A DNA stretch of 64,000 nucleotides from Basidiobolus meristosporus CBS 931.73 (Eukaryota; Fungi; Basidiobolomycota), in NCBI GenBank assembly GCA_002104905.1, contig MCFE01000074.1:121106-185105 (forward strand), given 5' to 3'. Shown here piece after piece: positions 60,596-64,000 of this stretch; the stretch's first letter is position 1; the number at the start of each line of letters is the position of its first letter. The notes under the pieces are model-generated. The model worked only from the letters and a program-made list of their open reading frames with translations. It was not told the origin of the DNA and ran no database searches. The position numbers and the translations under genes were made by a program.

Positions 60596-63538
60596 TTAGG
60601 GGGGGAGACAGTCACCAACAGGTGAAATCTTTATTTCAGTTGAAACAAAGAAGCCAGTGCTACTGTTGTAGCTTTGATACAAGAATGTGTAGCTGAGGGG
60701 AATTTGTAGGTAAGTTAATAAGAAGTGATGATAGCTCTTCAGTGCTCAAGACACTGTTCAGTGGGAAGGGGGGTAGCAAGAGAGGTAAGAATGACTTGTG
60801 AACAACATTAATGAGGGGAATGTGATAAGGATTGATGTTCATCATAAAGGGAGTGTGCTGCTGCAGATATTGCTGCCAAAGGTCTGTCAAGTACTTCAGG
60901 TAGGCCAGCTTGAGTTTTTCTGACTGCAGAATGTAGTGAGCAAACTTCTTGACTTCAGGATCTCCAAGTATAGTTCTCCAGCAGGAGCCAGGTGTTGTGT
61001 GGTGTGTTCTCTTCCAGGCCTTAATCAGTGGGTTGTTGCAGTTGTGAAGTCTGAGATATAATCTGGTTCTAAGGTAGAGAAGTCTGATCTTATAGGGCAT
61101 AAACCCAAAAGCACCAAGAATAGCATGTCTGTAGGGGCATTCAGGCAAATGAGGCACCAAGGAGGTAATGCACCATACTGCAAACTTGTCAAGCTTAGTG
61201 CAGTCTCTAGAAGTAAGAGAGAGAAGTGGTAAGCCAAATTCCAGGACAGGGAAGACAAACTGCTTGAGTAGAAGGAGGCAGCTGGGAGCTGAAGTTGTAG
61301 GAGGAGTAACAGCCAGTAGCTTGTGGAGTGCCTGTCTTGCTAGGATAATTCTCTTCTTCAGGTGTGCTCCAGAGTCTAGTCCAGTAGGAAGGAAAGGAAA
61401 GCCAAGATATGTAGCAGAAACCTGAGCAGGTAGAGTGGAGTTCTCCAAGTTGATTGGAGAGCCCAAAGGTACTGTCTTTGCAATGGAAAGCTGGAGATTA
61501 TTCTTCTGCAGATACTGGTGGATGGTCTGGGAGTCTTGCTGCACATTGGAGGAGGATATTCTGATGTCATCAGCAAAGAGAGTAACCAGGCAGTCAGCTG
61601 AGAGTCTTGGGAAATCATTCAGGAAGATGGCAAACAGTATAGGACCAAGCACAGAGCCTTGAACCACTCCATTAGGAACTGAGAACACAGCTGATTGCTC
61701 ACTTGGGTGCAGAATTCTTGCTTGTGGATCCAGAAACAGAGACCTGACAAGGAGGGTGAGAGAGGTACTGGAGAAGCATTGCAACTTGGACCAAAGCAGA
61801 TTTCTGTCAACTGAATCAAAGGCCTTGGTAATATCAAACAGAACAGAGGGATACTTGCACTGGAGAGAGTGATCTTGGCTAAGTATGACTGCATATTCCA
61901 AGGAGAGGCCAGGAACAAAGCCAAACTGAGCAGGATGAAACTTGAGGGAGTCAGAGTAGAGCTCCTGAGCAAGCAGAAGCTCAAACACCTTTCTGCAGGT
62001 GGGCAGCTGAGATATTGGCCTGTAGGAGCTAGGATCCAGATGCTTTCCTTCACCCTTGTACAGTGGCAGAACATTTGCAAAGGACCATTCCTCAGGAGTA
62101 GAAAGCTGGGCTGAGCATTGCTGAAACAGTGGAAGCAGAAGTGCAGACATGGCCTTGGTACTAGTCTTCAGAAGCTCATAAGAGATTGTGTCTACACCTG
62201 GAGCAGTAGAGTTGGGAAGCCTCTTGAGCACATTATGGATTCTCCTTTGATCAAGTGCAAGTGGGATGGGCAGAGTCTTGAAGTCAGGATGAAAGCCAGG
62301 AGTTGAGTACTGCTTTGTAGAGAAGAAGATGTTAGCCAGCTGTTCTGTTGAAGGTAACTTCCTGGAAGAGGGCCTCATTGCCCTGTAGAGTCTTGATACT
62401 GTTCTTGTTATAGAGTTGGAAGATTGCAGAGGCAAAGAACTCATAATATGATCCCAGAGCTGAGTATGCAGAGTGTGGTGAATTGCCTTGGAGTGGTGTA
62501 TGGCTGTCAGGAGGAGTTTCTCTGTTTTTGGGTTAGGGAAACTCAGGTAGCTTTGTTGCAGGGCTGAAACAATGGATTCCCATTTTCTTGAGGTAACAGC
62601 AGTAGTCTTGCATGGCAGTGAGAGGGAGGCAGACACCAGAATCAGATGCTTCACAAAGAGCCAGGCATAGTTGAGATCATCTGGCAGAGAAAGTAGCAAA
62701 CTGGCAAGCTTCAAGTAGTTCCCAAAGTCTTTCTTCTGATTCTTGGTAGCTTTGTGGGTGAGCACAGTAAGTTTTGGCAGCTTCTTCTTCACAACTGGTT
62801 GCATAGAAAGGGACCAGGCTGGGTGGTCAGAGGCTCTCAAGGATCCTAGCTCAGCTCCAGAGAACTGCTTGACTTCATTCACAAAGTAGAGGGCAGCAGC
62901 AGAAGGGCATATCCAGTCAACACATCTTTTCTCAGTTTGAGCACCTAGTGCTAGCAGATGGCTTTCTCTCAGGAAGTTCAGTAGGAATGTAGATCTTGGC
63001 TTCATTCTTGCAGTCAGAGTAGTCTTGTTCTCAGGATGGGGAATGTTGAGATCTCCAAGCAAGATAATAGGTGTTGATATAGATTGCTGGTATTGCTGAA
63101 CTTTCTGACATATAGCTTGCACTTCCTGAAGGGCAAGACTTGGAGGCAGATAGCAGAGCACCAGACTGATAGTTGGCAACTGGAGAGCAGCACAGTAAGG
63201 GGAGTAAAGAGGAACACAGAGCTGAGGAGTATTGATGGTAGAAGAGATGAAGCAGATAGAGGAGGTATTCTTTGTTCTAGGAGTAGAAAAGCAATATAGA
63301 TTAGTCAAAAGTATAGAGGGTAGCTGGACATCAATCAAACACAGGAGGGAAAATCTTGAAAGAAGTCTCTCTAGAGTTGGTCTTGATGGCTGTATGCTGT
63401 TGCAGTTAAGCAACAGAACTTCAGGTAGTCAGGCGGAGGTTGTAGCTTCTTCAGAGGCAGCATTGACAATGTGACCTGCAGAGTCCCAGAGCTCTTCAAA
63501 TGGTGCATCACTTAAGTCAGCAAGGAGGGAAATGGCAT
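60596..63538 (-). mobile_element. Telomeric LINE family A, copy with intact ORF2; truncated within a putative ORF1
   Basis: Intact 917-codon ORF, ~60-nt 3' UTR, shared 3' stem-loop, TTAGGG at both junctions. Confidence 0.95.
60660..63413 (-). CDS. LINE ORF2: APE-type endonuclease + reverse transcriptase; track start is TTG, no upstream ATG
   Basis: APE motifs LNCNS, CYLPP, LGDLN, VDW, SDH. RT motifs YRPIS, QFGF, FDITKAFDSV, GVVQGSVLGP, FADD, YLG. No RNase H or C-terminal CCHC seen. Confidence 0.93.
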   Translation of the reverse strand: MLNCNSIQPSRPTLERLLSRFSLLCLIDVQLPSILLTNLYCFSTPRTKNTSSICFISSTINTPQLCVPLYSPYCAALQLPTISLVLCYLPPSLALQEVQAICQKVQQYQQSISTPIILLGDLNIPHPENKTTLTARMKPRSTFLLNFLRESHLLALGAQTEKRCVDWICPSAAALYFVNEVKQFSGAELGSLRASDHPAWSLSMQPVVKKKLPKLTVLTHKATKNQKKDFGNYLKLASLLLSLPDDLNYAWLFVKHLILVSASLSLPCKTTAVTSRKWESIVSALQQSYLSFPNPKTEKLLLTAIHHSKAIHHTLHTQLWDHIMSSLPLQSSNSITRTVSRLYRAMRPSSRKLPSTEQLANIFFSTKQYSTPGFHPDFKTLPIPLALDQRRIHNVLKRLPNSTAPGVDTISYELLKTSTKAMSALLLPLFQQCSAQLSTPEEWSFANVLPLYKGEGKHLDPSSYRPISQLPTCRKVFELLLAQELYSDSLKFHPAQFGFVPGLSLEYAVILSQDHSLQCKYPSVLFDITKAFDSVDRNLLWSKLQCFSSTSLTLLVRSLFLDPQARILHPSEQSAVFSVPNGVVQGSVLGPILFAIFLNDFPRLSADCLVTLFADDIRISSSNVQQDSQTIHQYLQKNNLQLSIAKTVPLGSPINLENSTLPAQVSATYLGFPFLPTGLDSGAHLKKRIILARQALHKLLAVTPPTTSAPSCLLLLKQFVFPVLEFGLPLLSLTSRDCTKLDKFAVWCITSLVPHLPECPYRHAILGAFGFMPYKIRLLYLRTRLYLRLHNCNNPLIKAWKRTHHTTPGSCWRTILGDPEVKKFAHYILQSEKLKLAYLKYLTDLWQQYLQQHTPFMMNINPYHIPLINVVHKSFLPLLLPPFPLNSVLSTEELSSLLINLPTNSPQLHILVSKLQQ

Positions 63539-63544
63539 GGTTAG

Positions 63545-63816
63545 GGTTAGGGTGTAGGTGTTATAGTAAGGGCTAGGAAAAGGTTAGAAGAGCAGGGGGT
63601 CTGGGGGACGCAGTCCCCTAGAGAATAAAAAAGCAGGGGGTTTGGGGGATGCAATCCCCCATACTGCTCTTATACTCTTTAAATTCCCGTTGGATTACTT
63701 TTCTCTCATTCTTGGTTCTGGTCCCTTAGGGTTAGAATTCCTCCTCCTAACCCTTATCACCCTAACCATAAATATTTTTACCCTACAATTGGCACATTGT
63801 CTGCTCATATGGTGGG
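63545..63816. repeat. Module D, terminal truncated copy
   Basis: Near-identical to 59891-60162, then switches to telomere repeats. Confidence 0.85.
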
Positions 63817-64000
63817 TTAGGGTTAGGGTTAGGGTTAGGGTTAGGGTTAGGGTTAGGGTTAGGGTTAGGGTTAGGGTTAGGGTTAGGGTTAGGGTTAGGG
63901 TTAGGGTTAGGGTTAGGGTTAGGGTTAGGGTTAGGGTTAGGGTTAGGGTTAGGGTTAGGGTTAGGGTTAGGGTTAGGGTTAGGGTTAGGGTTAGGGTTAG
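63817..64000 (+). repeat. Telomere (TTAGGG)n, about 30 perfect repeats to the window end
   Basis: Uninterrupted TTAGGG with the G-rich strand running 5'->3' toward the end. Confidence 0.99.

Noticed and set aside
60660-63413. Penelope-like (Athena/Coprina) or MoTeR-type identity for the telomeric element
   Set aside because: The ORF has N-terminal APE motifs (GDLN, SDH) and a LINE-type RT. No GIY-YIG or C-terminal restriction-like endonuclease motif was seen.

Overview
Right-hand chromosome end of an intron-containing fungus; gene content and intron style suggest an early-diverging lineage (inference). Three zones. (1) 1-12.1 kb: three degenerate Ty1/copia LTR retrotransposons in head-to-tail tandem, plus inverted gag fragments. 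(2) 13.3-54.3 kb: dense housekeeping genes (two alpha-arrestins, a 7TM receptor, TSC1, GID4, ADE8, HAC1/XBP1, POM33, a P2C ATPase, copine, TTC27/EMW1, an N-formylglutamate amidohydrolase-like gene, eIF3h, TBC1D13, a Cps1-like GT2, VAC14, an APC permease), then a uricase pseudogene, a tRNA(CGT) and U6 snRNA. (3) 54.8-64 kb: a copia LTR followed by an ~8.6 kb head-to-tail array of non-LTR retroelements ending in (TTAGGG)n. Every family A, B and C copy has its 3' end toward the centromere. The array is the main candidate novel system. It contains an APE+RT LINE (family A, one intact ORF2), a second LINE family (C), a tRNA-headed SINE-like element (B) and a structured non-coding module (D). A, B and C share one 3' AATAAA + stem-loop + oligo-C terminus, and most units are joined through a TTAGGG or TAGGG motif. 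ORF2 has no ATG ahead of its endonuclease motifs and follows an in-frame TGA-CTA, suggesting readthrough. Coordinates and alignments were read by eye; no searches were run.
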